Virus record (IMG/VR): IMGVR_UViG_3300044641_003190
Location: 10,535-74,534 of that record
Length of the DNA: 64,000 nucleotides
Reading direction: 5' to 3' (one strand)
DNA from: a virus
The translations under genes and the position numbers were made by a program. This document shows, one piece after another, positions 1 to 9,884 of this stretch (position 1 is its first letter; each line of letters opens with the position of its first letter). A model generated the notes under the pieces. That model saw only the letters and a program-made list of their open reading frames with translations, was not told the DNA's origin and searched no databases.

Positions 1-453
1 AATAAAAAAATATTAATAGTTTTATCTGTTATTATTATTTCTTTCATTGGGTTTCCAGTGGTAAGTAAAAATAATTCAAATTGCATAAACCTATATGTTG
101 ATTATAGTGTACTGGACAATAAAACAAAACTAACCAAATGCTTAGAGGCCTCAGCCAATACAAATGCTTTAGATCTATTAAAGGGTGCTAACCTAACAAT
201 AGAAGGAACTAAGAAATATGGCGACGCAGTTGTTTGCCGAGTAAACGGATTACCAGATATATCTATTGAGTCATGTGAAGATATGCCATCAGGAAAAGCA
301 TATTGGGCAATTATAATAAAAGAAAAACAAATTTTACCTTTTCCAACTAAAGAGTGGGGCTGGGGTCAGCTTGCCATAAATCAACAATATCTAAATCCTG
401 GGGATTCAATAGGTTTAGTGTGGGCTAACAATGGAGAAGTAGTATTCCCATGA
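1..453 (+). CDS. Membrane-anchored/secreted transcobalamin-like (DUF4430-type) putative cobalamin-binding protein, 5' partial
   Basis: Frame is open from base 1 (NKKILIVLSVIIISFIGFPVVSK, a signal/TM anchor). Motifs ALDLL..A.L..EGT..YG..VVCRVNGLP, YWA, W..GQL.I...L.PGDSIG match the transcobalamin beta-domain/DUF4430 pattern. Lies next to pduO. Confidence 0.6.
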   Translation, partial: NKKILIVLSVIIISFIGFPVVSKNNSNCINLYVDYSVLDNKTKLTKCLEASANTNALDLLKGANLTIEGTKKYGDAVVCRVNGLPDISIESCEDMPSGKAYWAIIIKEKQILPFPTKEWGWGQLAINQQYLNPGDSIGLVWANNGEVVFP

Positions 454-584
454 AACTATTAGATAGACATGTGGAACAAAAGTCTACTTACAAAGTAATA
501 GTTCAACTTTCTTTAACTTTGATATGCTTATACATAGCAAACTCTAAAACAGTAGACATCTGGCGTTCTTTGACTGGACACTAA
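450..584 (+). CDS. 44-aa single-pass membrane peptide (not in ORF track)
   Basis: MKLLDRHVEQKSTYKVIVQLSLTLICLYIANSKTVDIWRSLTGH*. ATGA overlap with the upstream gene and TAATG overlap with pduO suggest translational coupling at both ends. Confidence 0.6.
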   Translation: MKLLDRHVEQKSTYKVIVQLSLTLICLYIANSKTVDIWRSLTGH

Positions 585-1153
585 TGGTTAACCTAACTCG
601 TATTTATACAAAAACAGGGGACGACGGAACCACTTCACTTGGAGATATGAGTAGAACTTCTAAAAACGATCCAAGACTCGAAGCATTTGCAACAGTTGAT
701 GAATCTAATTCATACATAGGGGTTAGTATTCTTCATGTAAAAAATGAAGAAATAAGGTTACTGCTTTTAAAAATTCAAAACGACTTGTTTGATGTGGGGG
801 CAGACCTGTGTACCCCAGTTGTAGATAATCCAGAAATTAAACCACTAAGGGTTACACAAGATCAGATAGAATATCTAGAGTATCAAATAGACAAATATAA
901 TAAACACCTAAAACCACTCAGATCATTTGTTTTGCCAAGTGGTTCTTCGTCATCCTCACATTTACATGTTGCCAGAACTATTGTTAGAAGGTCAGAAAGG
1001 TGTGCCTGGTCAGCCATATCCTCATTTGGTTCTGGGGTCAGCGTGTTAACTGCAAAGTATCTAAATCGTTTGTCTGACCTGTTGTTTGTTTTAGCTAGAT
1101 ACGAAAATATAGAATTTGGAGATAATTTGTGGGTTCCTGGAGGTCCAAAGTAG
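584..1153 (+). CDS. pduO: PduO-type ATP:cob(I)alamin adenosyltransferase
   Basis: IYTKTGDDGTT N-terminal signature, TVDE.NS.IG, LFDVGADL, FVLPSG, LHVARTIVRR.ER, YLNRLSDLLFVLAR. Confidence 0.95.
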   Translation: MVNLTRIYTKTGDDGTTSLGDMSRTSKNDPRLEAFATVDESNSYIGVSILHVKNEEIRLLLLKIQNDLFDVGADLCTPVVDNPEIKPLRVTQDQIEYLEYQIDKYNKHLKPLRSFVLPSGSSSSSHLHVARTIVRRSERCAWSAISSFGSGVSVLTAKYLNRLSDLLFVLARYENIEFGDNLWVPGGPK

Positions 1154-1186
1154 GGTTACTATAAAATCAGTCTAGAACTGTTTTTA

Positions 1187-1195
1187 TGATAAAAT
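1187..1195 (+). promoter_or_regulatory. Extended -10 promoter (TGaTAAAAT) for the first fibre operon
   Basis: TG-n-TAAAAT, then GGAGG RBS at 1207-1211. Confidence 0.5.
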
Positions 1196-1218
1196 GGAAT
1201 TATCTTGGAGGTATATAA

Positions 1219-1572
1219 TTGATGGCAGGAATTAAAAATTGGAAGGTTGATCAAGCCGCTAATTTTCGTTTTAGCATAGTCTACAAAGACCCAGACGGAG
1301 ACCCAATAGACCTAACACAATACCAAGTTTATATGGATATAAAATCAGCTCCAGGATCTAAAAAGATCCTTGCTTCCTGTGCCATAGGAGACGGAATAGT
1401 TGTTACTCCACTTCTCGGAAAAATTGACGTAAACGTTAATGCAGATAAAACAAAAGTTATTGCCTATCCAAAATCTGCTTATGATTTAATTATTGTAACT
1501 GCAAGCGGTGTCGTAACAAGACTGCTTGAAGGATGGCTAGACGTTTCTAGAGCGGTAACAATAAATGACTAA
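1219..1572 (+). CDS. Virion structural protein, small beta-sandwich (BppU-N-like)
   Basis: DQ.A.F...YKD.DG.PIDLT.Y...M.I....YDL....G...RLLEG pattern common in minor tail/fibre anchor proteins. Confidence 0.55.
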   Translation: MMAGIKNWKVDQAANFRFSIVYKDPDGDPIDLTQYQVYMDIKSAPGSKKILASCAIGDGIVVTPLLGKIDVNVNADKTKVIAYPKSAYDLIIVTASGVVTRLLEGWLDVSRAVTIND

Positions 1573-2020
1573 TTACATAGACAACTCTAATATTATAGAT
1601 ATTACTACCACTGAAAATGAGGTAATAATATCCGATACTGGTCAGCCAGGTCCAAGAGGTAATTCAATACTTAATGGAACACAAGTTCCAACTGCTAACT
1701 TTCCAGCAAATGCCGTAGAGGGTGATTTTTACCTAAAGGTACCAGAGTACTTATTGTATGGCCCAAGAACATATGCTGGCAACTGGGGAACCCCAATTGA
1801 TCTCTTTACCCTACCAGAATCTGTATTTACCTTTACCCAAGAGATTTCAAATACCACTTGGAATATACCATTTTCTCTGCATAAACTGCAGTTTAAACCA
1901 AACGTAACCGTAGTGGATAATAATGGATATCAGGTAGAGGGTCACGTCCAGTACCAGAATGATAATTCTGTTATAATTAGTTTCGCAGCAGGTTTTTCTG
2001 GAAAAGCATACCTGTCGTAA
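1565..2020 (+). CDS. Putative fibre-associated virion protein
   Basis: GQPGPRG..ILNG..P....GDFYL....LYGP motif and C-terminal TW.I.H.L...P.VTVVD..G..VEG.V.Y...FSGKAYLS domain. Confidence 0.6.
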   Translation: MTNYIDNSNIIDITTTENEVIISDTGQPGPRGNSILNGTQVPTANFPANAVEGDFYLKVPEYLLYGPRTYAGNWGTPIDLFTLPESVFTFTQEISNTTWNIPFSLHKLQFKPNVTVVDNNGYQVEGHVQYQNDNSVIISFAAGFSGKAYLS

Positions 2021-2046
2021 TCTTAAATACCTAGGAGTAATAAACA

Positions 2047-3354
2047 GTGGCACGTAAATTTTTAACGTCGATAGATATGACGGGTCTGGAAATCCAGAAA
2101 CTCCGTATAGAGAACGCTACTTCAAATCCAACAGTACCTTCTGGATCAGAAACAGTATTCAAGGGTAGAGTCTACTTTGACTCAACAACAAACAAATTAT
2201 TTTATTACAATGGAACAGCATGGGTTTCATCTGGACAAATGTCCATTACTCTTGGCGGAGACCTTTCTGGAACAGCAACAACAAATGCTGCTGGAGAGAT
2301 TACGCTTAATGCCACAATCACAGCTAACTCCGTAGAACTTGGTACAGATACAACAGGAAATTATGTAGCAACACTAGCTTCTTCTGCTGGAACAATTACA
2401 ATTACAGGTTCTGGTTCAGAAACTGCCGCAGTAAATATTGATCTTCCTACAACTGGTGTAACCGCTGGTTCATATGGATCAACAACAAAAATTCCTACAT
2501 TCACAGTAGACTCAAGAGGTCGTTTGACCGCTGCTGGTGAAGTAGATGTAGCAACTAATCTTTCAATAGCAGGAGATACTGGAACAGACACAGTAAATCT
2601 TCTTACAGATACACTAACAGTATCTGGTGGAGAAGGTATCGATGTAGCTGTAACAAATAATACAATTACGGTATCTGCAGAAGATGCAACTACTACCAAT
2701 AAGGGTGTAGCATCATTCGCAGACGCTGACTTTACAGTATCATCTGGTGCAGTATCAATAAAGAACGTAAACCTTGGAACGCAGACAACAGGAAATTATG
2801 TTGCTGGAATTACTGGAACGGCAAACGAAGTTACAGTTACTGGTTCTGGATCAGAAAATGCAAGCGTAACAATTGGACTTCCAGATGACGTAACTATTAC
2901 CAATAACCTTCTTGTTGGCGGTAACTTAAATGTAACTGGAACAATTAACTCTGTTAATACAACACAGGTAAACATTGTTGACAATAAGATTAACCTTAAT
3001 ACAGACTTTACTGGAACACCAACAGTAGATGCTGGAATTAGAGTAGAGCGTGGCTCAGAAGCAGATGTTGAAATTCTATGGAATGAAACAGACAATGCAT
3101 GGACACTTACAAATAATGGTACAAACTATAATGCTATAACTAGAAAATATTCTACAACTATAGGAGACGGTACCGCAACATCATTTACAGTAACACACAA
3201 CCTTGGAACGAGAGAAGCAACAGTCCAGATTTTTGATTCTTCTACATTTGAGTCAGTAGAGGCTGGTGTGGTTAGAACAAGCACATCTGCAGTCACAGTA
3301 TCTTTTGCAGTAGCACCTGCGTCTGGAGCTTATAAGGTAATAGTAGTAGGGTAG
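2047..3354 (+). CDS. Fibre protein (Thr/Gly/Ser-rich, internal repeats)
   Basis: Duplicated LGTxTTGNYVA motif, GVTAGSYGS...P.FTVD..GRLT fibre repeat, C-terminal FTVTHNLGT domain. Confidence 0.7.
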   Translation: MARKFLTSIDMTGLEIQKLRIENATSNPTVPSGSETVFKGRVYFDSTTNKLFYYNGTAWVSSGQMSITLGGDLSGTATTNAAGEITLNATITANSVELGTDTTGNYVATLASSAGTITITGSGSETAAVNIDLPTTGVTAGSYGSTTKIPTFTVDSRGRLTAAGEVDVATNLSIAGDTGTDTVNLLTDTLTVSGGEGIDVAVTNNTITVSAEDATTTNKGVASFADADFTVSSGAVSIKNVNLGTQTTGNYVAGITGTANEVTVTGSGSENASVTIGLPDDVTITNNLLVGGNLNVTGTINSVNTTQVNIVDNKINLNTDFTGTPTVDAGIRVERGSEADVEILWNETDNAWTLTNNGTNYNAITRKYSTTIGDGTATSFTVTHNLGTREATVQIFDSSTFESVEAGVVRTSTSAVTVSFAVAPASGAYKVIVVG

Positions 3355-3357
3355 TAA

Positions 3358-5055
3358 ATGTCTATTAAATTTAAGTTACCTGTAAATTTAGTAGCTTTAG
3401 CCCAAGACCCAGTGTCAGCTAACGCTGGGGATATATATTATAATACAGCATTAAATTCTTTTAAATACTATAATGGAACCGCATGGGGTCCAGTATCATC
3501 TTCATTAACTTCTGAAGAAATTCAAGATGCAACAGCAACACTATTAAGTCACTCTAATCATACAAATATAACAGCAACATATGACGATGCAAACAACCGT
3601 GTTGTTTTAACTGCTGAAGATGCAGTAAAAGTTCAATTTACCCCACCAACAACAGCTTCAGTCGGAGATGTTTGGTTTGATAATCAAACTGGAGAGTTTT
3701 ATGTATATGATGGATCGTTTTGGGTTCAAGTATCTGGAGTAACAGGACCTACAGGACCCACTGGACCTGCAGGTGTAGCTGGCCCTACTGGCCCCGCAGG
3801 ACCTACTGGAGCCACTGGTACAACTGGTTCACAAGGAATACAAGGTGTGCAGGGTGAGCAGGGAATACAAGGTGTTACTGGTGCCTCTGCTGGAGTAAAG
3901 TGGTCATTCATAACTGGAACTACAGATTCAGACCCATCTTCTGGTAATTTTAAATTCAATAGTGCAGTTCCACTAACCGTAACAAATATTTATGTAAGCA
4001 ATACAGATAAAATATCTGTATCCCAGTTTGACTGGATAGGAAGTTGGGATGACTCAACATCTTCAACAAGAGGACACATAGTAATATCTGGTGAATCGGA
4101 ATCTAAAAATTATGTTTTTGCAATTAATGGATCAGTAACTTCCGCTTCTGGATATTATAAGGTTCCAGTAGCATATGTTTCTGGTTCTACATCTATTCCA
4201 ACAAATAATAGCAATATGTTATTTGTTGTTACTAGAACTGGTAATCAAGGAGCTACTGGCCCTACTGGTGCACAAGGAGAAACTGGTCCACAAGGAATAC
4301 AGGGAATACAAGGAGCAACAGGAGCAACTGGCGCTACAGGACCAACTGGACCACAAGGTCCGACGGGACCACAAGGACAGGCTGGAGCATCAGTCACATT
4401 AAAGGGTAGCGTTGCTGCAGTTATTAATTTACCTTCAAGCGGAAATACAATAGGAGATTCATGGATTGTAGATGCAGACGGAAATCTTTATGTTTGGAAT
4501 GGAACTAGTTGGACAGATGCTGGACAAATAGTTGGGCCAACTGGACCAACAGGAGCAACTGGCGCAACTGGCGCTACAGGACCAGCTGGTCCACAAGGTG
4601 AACAAGGAATACAAGGAGTTCAAGGAGCTACAGGCTCTACAGGCGCCACAGGTGCTACAGGTGCCACAGGTGCTACAGGACCAGGTGTTGCAGCGGGAGG
4701 ATCTACAGGACAGTATCTTGTAAAATCAAGCAATACAGATTATGCAACAGAATGGTCTAGCATTGCAGGAGGCCTATCACCACAATCAGTATCTACAAAC
4801 ATAACACTATCGGCAAGCACAAGATATTTTGTAGATACCACAGGAGACAGAAGCCTTACTTTGCCAGCCACACCAGCACTAGGAGCTGAAATAGAAATTT
4901 TAGATGCATCTAACAATGCATCAGTTAACGATGTTATTATAAATAGAAACGGTGAAAAAATAAATGGTGTTGCTGACAATGCATCATTAGATATAAGTGG
5001 ATTTTCAGTATCATTTATATATACTGGATCTACTTATGGATGGAAGATGAAATAA
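3358..5055 (+). CDS. Collagen-like (Gly-X-Y) fibre protein
   Basis: Three GPT/GAT/GxQ tracts separated by globular knobs; C-terminal TLTLPATP..G..I...D....RNG.KI.G...GW domain. Confidence 0.8.
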   Translation: MSIKFKLPVNLVALAQDPVSANAGDIYYNTALNSFKYYNGTAWGPVSSSLTSEEIQDATATLLSHSNHTNITATYDDANNRVVLTAEDAVKVQFTPPTTASVGDVWFDNQTGEFYVYDGSFWVQVSGVTGPTGPTGPAGVAGPTGPAGPTGATGTTGSQGIQGVQGEQGIQGVTGASAGVKWSFITGTTDSDPSSGNFKFNSAVPLTVTNIYVSNTDKISVSQFDWIGSWDDSTSSTRGHIVISGESESKNYVFAINGSVTSASGYYKVPVAYVSGSTSIPTNNSNMLFVVTRTGNQGATGPTGAQGETGPQGIQGIQGATGATGATGPTGPQGPTGPQGQAGASVTLKGSVAAVINLPSSGNTIGDSWIVDADGNLYVWNGTSWTDAGQIVGPTGPTGATGATGATGPAGPQGEQGIQGVQGATGSTGATGATGATGATGPGVAAGGSTGQYLVKSSNTDYATEWSSIAGGLSPQSVSTNITLSASTRYFVDTTGDRSLTLPATPALGAEIEILDASNNASVNDVIINRNGEKINGVADNASLDISGFSVSFIYTGSTYGWKMK

Positions 5056-6863
5056 TGGTAATAAATCTATCTAATTCACAACCACAAGGTCCAAAATCTA
5101 CAGAGACCTTTGAGAGTAAGACTATTATAGGATCACAAAATAAAATGGGATTAAAAAGTGGTAATAGTGCTAATAGAACACAGTCTCCAGTAGAGGGAGA
5201 AAACTATTTAAATACAGAAACAGGAAGCCTAGAAATATTTAAAAACTCTGCATGGACATCCCTAATTTTACTACCAGATACTGTAACAAATTTAGTAGCA
5301 ACAAATCAAGGTAGTAGTAGGCCTTACAATAATGGACAAGTATCATTGTCATTTGAACCAGGTGTAGTACTTGGAACTTCATATACTTCAACTTCTAATC
5401 CAGGGGCTATAACAACAACATCAAGCTCTACTCCTATAATAATAACTGGATTACAATCTAATACGGCATACACATTTTCAGTTGTTGCATCAAGTCCGCA
5501 AGGTGCATCCCAGCCAAGTTTGGCATCAAACTCTATTACAGTTACAACGGTTCCTCAATCTCCAACAATTGGAACAGCAACGCCAGGAGATTTATCAGCT
5601 TCTGTTTCTTTTACTCCTGGTGCTACTGGAGGGTCAGCAATAACATCTCATACCATAACAGCAAACCCTGGTAATATAACTGCCTCTGGTTCTTCATCTC
5701 CAATTACAATTTCTGGATTAACAAATGGAGTTACTTATACAATAACAGCTTCATCTACAAATGCTAATGGTACATCCTTAAGTAGCGGTTCTACAACAGT
5801 TACTCCAATAGCGCCATTTTTAATAAATAAATCTGTTCCAGATTTATTTACCGCAGCAGAGTCGTTTTCTCATCCAGATCCAGTTGTTGGAATTCCAACT
5901 GCTGGAGGAACACTATCAGTAAATAGCGTTTCACTTGGATCTTATGATTATGTTAAAAGAAATGGACCGCTCACAGTATTTAATTTTTCATCGGATGACT
6001 GGTTTACTGTTACAGAAGATAGCAGATCGGCCTTTGTCTACATTGAAGGAAATTTAACAATAAATACTGGACAAATATTCAAGCCATCAAAAAGAAAATT
6101 ATTTACATGTATTTACGTTAATGGAGACCTTACTCTTAATGGAGAAATTTCTATGACTGCTCGTGGTGCAAACCATTCTACAAGTGGGTCAAATATAAGC
6201 CCTGGAGAAATTTTAATTAAAACTGGTACATATAGTAGTGTTACAAACCCTAGAGTTCCCGCATCTGGTGGTTCAGGAGGAACTGGCGGAGTAGATCCAG
6301 ATGGTGCATGGGGTAACAGTGGTGTAGGTACCAACGGCGCCGCAGGAACAGCTGGAGGAACTGGAGGAGGAGCTGGTGGATCACATTACACTCCAGTACA
6401 GCCAACAAATTTTTCACGAGGAGGAAACGGATCTGCTGGAACTTCATTTAGCGGTGGATCTGGTGGTGGAGATGTATTTTCTGGATACTTTAGTGGAATG
6501 AATCCAGATGCACAAACAAACGGTGGTTACGGAGGAGACTCACATAACTATTATTCAAGTTTTCCTGGGCAAAATGGTGGAGCTGGAAATCCAACTGGAA
6601 GATCTTATTACGGAACGGGCAACCCAGGTGCGCTGGGAACTTCTCCAGTAACTGGTACTGGCGGAGTTTTAATTATTTTTGTTAATGGTACACTTTCAAC
6701 TGGTGGAACTGGAACTATAACTGCACAAGGTGCATCACATGGTCAAGCATCAGGTGGTGGATCAATAACGGTTATGGTAAAAACAGATATGGGTCCAACA
6801 CCAAATGCTTCTGCAATTAACAGCGGAGGCGCAGGAACAGCAAGGAAACTATTGTGGACATGA
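5055..6863 (+). CDS. FN3-repeat plus glycine-rich domain protein, putative fibre tip adhesin
   Basis: Two FN3 units (ITGL....YTF.V.A; ISGLTNG.TYTITA) and a C-terminal polyglycine domain. ATG 5055 forms a TAATG overlap. Confidence 0.7.
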   Translation: MVINLSNSQPQGPKSTETFESKTIIGSQNKMGLKSGNSANRTQSPVEGENYLNTETGSLEIFKNSAWTSLILLPDTVTNLVATNQGSSRPYNNGQVSLSFEPGVVLGTSYTSTSNPGAITTTSSSTPIIITGLQSNTAYTFSVVASSPQGASQPSLASNSITVTTVPQSPTIGTATPGDLSASVSFTPGATGGSAITSHTITANPGNITASGSSSPITISGLTNGVTYTITASSTNANGTSLSSGSTTVTPIAPFLINKSVPDLFTAAESFSHPDPVVGIPTAGGTLSVNSVSLGSYDYVKRNGPLTVFNFSSDDWFTVTEDSRSAFVYIEGNLTINTGQIFKPSKRKLFTCIYVNGDLTLNGEISMTARGANHSTSGSNISPGEILIKTGTYSSVTNPRVPASGGSGGTGGVDPDGAWGNSGVGTNGAAGTAGGTGGGAGGSHYTPVQPTNFSRGGNGSAGTSFSGGSGGGDVFSGYFSGMNPDAQTNGGYGGDSHNYYSSFPGQNGGAGNPTGRSYYGTGNPGALGTSPVTGTGGVLIIFVNGTLSTGGTGTITAQGASHGQASGGGSITVMVKTDMGPTPNASAINSGGAGTARKLLWT

Positions 6864-7237
6864 TAGATAAAAACAAAATATATTTTTTTCATAATATATA
6901 TGGAGATGAACAAGAACTTTTAAATACAATTCCAGAAAACGTTGTCGCCGTACCATTTGGCTGGTCAGAAGAAGCAGAGTCAAATAGAAATGCCATTATG
7001 AGAGAATTAAATGTTTCTGTTTCTAGTATACCTTGCGTAGTGGCATACATAGAGGAGCATTATGCAGATAGCTCATTTTTTCCAAATTTACAATTTTTAC
7101 CAGAAAATGATCCACGAAGAGAAAAAGCAGAACATTTGGTATATGCAAAGTGGACATTTTTTGATATACTAAATATGGAAAAGCCATGGAACTGGCAAGA
7201 CATATTAAATAAAATTAATAACTATCATAAACTATAG
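6860..7237 (+). CDS. Hypothetical protein
   Basis: ORF with ATGA overlap to the upstream gene. Confidence 0.55.
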   Translation: MIDKNKIYFFHNIYGDEQELLNTIPENVVAVPFGWSEEAESNRNAIMRELNVSVSSIPCVVAYIEEHYADSSFFPNLQFLPENDPRREKAEHLVYAKWTFFDILNMEKPWNWQDILNKINNYHKL

Positions 7238-7248
7238 AATAGGAAAAA

Positions 7249-7953
7249 ATGTTTAAAAAAATATTTTTTATACCAAAAAATAAAGAAGTTTCAAATTTAT
7301 TAAAAACCCCCTATCCTGCAAAAAACATAATACCTGATTGGTATAAAGAATCAGAACTATTTATGGGTTCAGATCGTTTACAGGTAGATAGATATGCAAC
7401 AAATGCTGGTTTAAAACATTGTATGTCATACCTAGATGCAATGGTACACGGATACATATACGAACTTTGGACAGACATACATGTGTCTAATGGAGAAAAT
7501 GGAATACAAATTAGTTGGACAAACACTCCAGACCCTATAGTTAAAAGAACAAAAGACCTGGGAGCTAAAATACCAAGACCAACAGAAATGTATGAAGATA
7601 TGTTTAATTGGGTTTTACAATGGGGTGCTAAAGCGCCCAAGGGGTATAGCCTATTAATGACTCATCCCCTTAATAGAACGGACCTGCCATTCTATACCCT
7701 GAGTGGAATAGTTGATTCTGATAACTATATGGGTGAAGGAAAGGTACCGTTTTTTATTAAAAAAGACTTTACTGGAATTATTCCAGCTGGAACCCCAATT
7801 GTTCAAATTATTCCAATAAAGACTGATGAAGTCTGGAAATCGGAAAAAGCAGAGCATTTAATGCAGGAGCGAGATAAGCAGCAATGGCTATTAAGAACAA
7901 GCATTACTGGATACTATAAAAAAGTTTTTAGAAGGTCTAAAATATTCAAATGA
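7249..7953 (+). CDS. Conserved hypothetical phage protein (possible dUTPase-like beta-clip fold)
   Basis: P.WYK, KHC...LDAM..GY, P.GYSLL.THPLNR.DLPF.TLSGIVD.D, I.AGTPI.Q.IP; a family often found next to fibre genes of aquatic phages. Confidence 0.6.
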   Translation: MFKKIFFIPKNKEVSNLLKTPYPAKNIIPDWYKESELFMGSDRLQVDRYATNAGLKHCMSYLDAMVHGYIYELWTDIHVSNGENGIQISWTNTPDPIVKRTKDLGAKIPRPTEMYEDMFNWVLQWGAKAPKGYSLLMTHPLNRTDLPFYTLSGIVDSDNYMGEGKVPFFIKKDFTGIIPAGTPIVQIIPIKTDEVWKSEKAEHLMQERDKQQWLLRTSITGYYKKVFRRSKIFK

Positions 7954-7955
7954 GG

Positions 7956-7961
7956 TATAAT
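7956..7961 (+). promoter_or_regulatory. -10 element of a probable leaderless transcript
   Basis: TATAAT 6 nt before ATG 7968. Confidence 0.5.
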
Positions 7962-7967
7962 TAGAAT

Positions 7968-8858
7968 ATGGCCACAATTTTTCCTTCCAGCCCCACGCTA
8001 AACCAGGTATACCAAGGGTACATTTGGAACGGTGAAGCATGGAAAGTAATAGACAATAGCGTAGAAAAAGCACAAGATGACGTTGCCTCCTTATTTACAC
8101 ATAATCTACATACAAATGTAAGTGCTACCTACGATGACGCAAACAATAGAATTGTTTTATCAGCTGCATCAGCTACAGTTACAGCAGCATCTAAAATATC
8201 ACAAGAGGTTATAAATAATACTGGGGCAACAATTAATAAAGGACAAGCGGTATATGCTTCTGGAGCAGTTGGAGCGTCTGGGAAAATAAGAGTTTCTCTT
8301 GCATCAAATTCAGGAGAAGCGACATCATCTAAAACATTTGGAATTTTAGAAAACACATTAACAAATGGATCATCTGGAACGGTAGTTACAGAGGGATTGA
8401 TAGAGGGCATTGATACATCAACAGCTCAAGAAGGAGATCCCGTATGGTTAGGCCCAACAGCAGGATCATTAATATTTGGAACAGCAAATAAACCAGTATC
8501 CCCTGCTCACTTAGTATTTATTGGAATAGTTATAAGAGCACAACAAAATACTGGGTCTATATTTGTCAAAGTTCAAAACGGATTCGAGATAGGCGAACTT
8601 CATGATGTTGCTATTACTAGCCCAGTTAATGGAGCCGCAATATTATTTAATTCAACTACTGGACAATGGGAAGATGTCGACATTTCAACAATTTATGCCC
8701 CAAAGAACAATCCAACATTTACTGGAACAGTGCAGGTAGGATCGGGCGGAATTAGGTTTGCCGATAACAGCGTACAAACTAGCTCAGCCGATGTAAGTCA
8801 ATTTGCCACAAAGGCAGAACTGGAGGATCTAGAAGCCCTAGTACTCGCTGGCTTATAA
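7968..8858 (+). CDS. Fibre/decoration protein with a cement-like beta domain
   Basis: FPSSPT.NQ...Y.WNG.AW N-terminus; NNTG.TI.KGQAVY..G domain; shares the [12 protein letters not shown] module with 3358..5055. Confidence 0.65.
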   Translation: MATIFPSSPTLNQVYQGYIWNGEAWKVIDNSVEKAQDDVASLFTHNLHTNVSATYDDANNRIVLSAASATVTAASKISQEVINNTGATINKGQAVYASGAVGASGKIRVSLASNSGEATSSKTFGILENTLTNGSSGTVVTEGLIEGIDTSTAQEGDPVWLGPTAGSLIFGTANKPVSPAHLVFIGIVIRAQQNTGSIFVKVQNGFEIGELHDVAITSPVNGAAILFNSTTGQWEDVDISTIYAPKNNPTFTGTVQVGSGGIRFADNSVQTSSADVSQFATKAELEDLEALVLAGL

Positions 8859-8867
8859 TACCAGTAA

Positions 8868-8876
8868 TGCTATACT
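8868..8876 (+). promoter_or_regulatory. Extended -10 promoter (TGcTATACT)
   Basis: Followed by GAGGT RBS and ATG 8892. Confidence 0.5.
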
Positions 8877-8891
8877 TCTATAGAGGTAAAC

Positions 8892-9800
8892 ATGTCACTT
8901 AATTTCACAAATCTTGAAGCAACAATCAATGCTAAGCTCAATTCGCTTACTGCAACAGTAACCGCTGCATCAGCAGCAGGTGGCACAGTAACTTATACAG
9001 CAAACAACGCATTTGCAGTAGGACAAACAGTAACAATTACTGGATTGTCTACAGCAGCATTTAATCTACAAGGCGTTGCGGTAGCAACAAAATCTCCTAC
9101 ACAGTTTACAGTAACAAATGCAGCTACTGGAACAGCGGTAACAGGAGCATCAGGAGTAGCAACAATCATTGTTGACTCAAAAGAACTTTTAATTCAAATG
9201 AAGGCCCTGGAAGCGGCCACACAAAATTTATCATTAGGAAAAGTAGTTGCTGAGGGTTTATACCAACAGGGTCTCATTCAGACAACAGCCAACTCAGCTC
9301 TATCTACATATAATGCAACAACTGCAGCAGCAACAGTACAAATCAATGCATTGATCGCACAACTCGGAGGAGTTAATACTCAAGCTATCGTAGACCTTGT
9401 AACAGCAAAATTAGCAGAAATTAACTCTGCTACAACTACAGCAATTAATAATATTAGCTCGGCAGCATCCGCTGCACAAACTACTGCCGTTAACGCAGTT
9501 TCAGCCCAACAGACAACATCTGTAAATGCTGTAACTTCAGCCCAAACAACAGCAACTACTGCCATTACTTCAGCACAATCAACAGCTGTTTCTGCAGTTG
9601 GCACTGCTGGTACAAATGCGACTAATACTGCAACAGCAGCCATAACAACTGCAAAAAATGCAGCGATAACAGAAATTAATACAGCTCTAACAGGAACGGG
9701 AGCAGCACAGATATCTGTATCTTTGAATGATCTAGATGGTCGATTAGACCTGCTAGAAGCAAACAGCCCACAGGCACTTATCTACGCCCTGACAGACTAG
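8892..9800 (+). CDS. Ala/Thr-rich coiled-coil fibre protein with an inserted beta domain
   Basis: Roughly 11-residue periodic A/T/V repeats; FAVGQTVTITG...FTV insert. Confidence 0.65.
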   Translation: MSLNFTNLEATINAKLNSLTATVTAASAAGGTVTYTANNAFAVGQTVTITGLSTAAFNLQGVAVATKSPTQFTVTNAATGTAVTGASGVATIIVDSKELLIQMKALEAATQNLSLGKVVAEGLYQQGLIQTTANSALSTYNATTAAATVQINALIAQLGGVNTQAIVDLVTAKLAEINSATTTAINNISSAASAAQTTAVNAVSAQQTTSVNAVTSAQTTATTAITSAQSTAVSAVGTAGTNATNTATAAITTAKNAAITEINTALTGTGAAQISVSLNDLDGRLDLLEANSPQALIYALTD

Positions 9801-9855
9801 TATTATGAAGCAAAAAAATAAAAAAACAGTCTCAAAAAGCCTACAAATAAAGGGT

Positions 9856-9884
9856 TTGACAGAGCAGAAAAGGGATGGTAAAAT
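9856..9884 (+). promoter_or_regulatory. SigA-type promoter TTGACA-17-(TGg)TAAAAT, leaderless
   Basis: Near-consensus -35, extended -10 and -10; ATG 6 nt downstream; no SD in between. Confidence 0.75.

Noticed and set aside
3736-4690. Short periodic DNA repeats resembling an array
   Set aside because: They are explained by Gly-X-Y collagen codons; there is no constant repeat with unique spacers, so this is not CRISPR.
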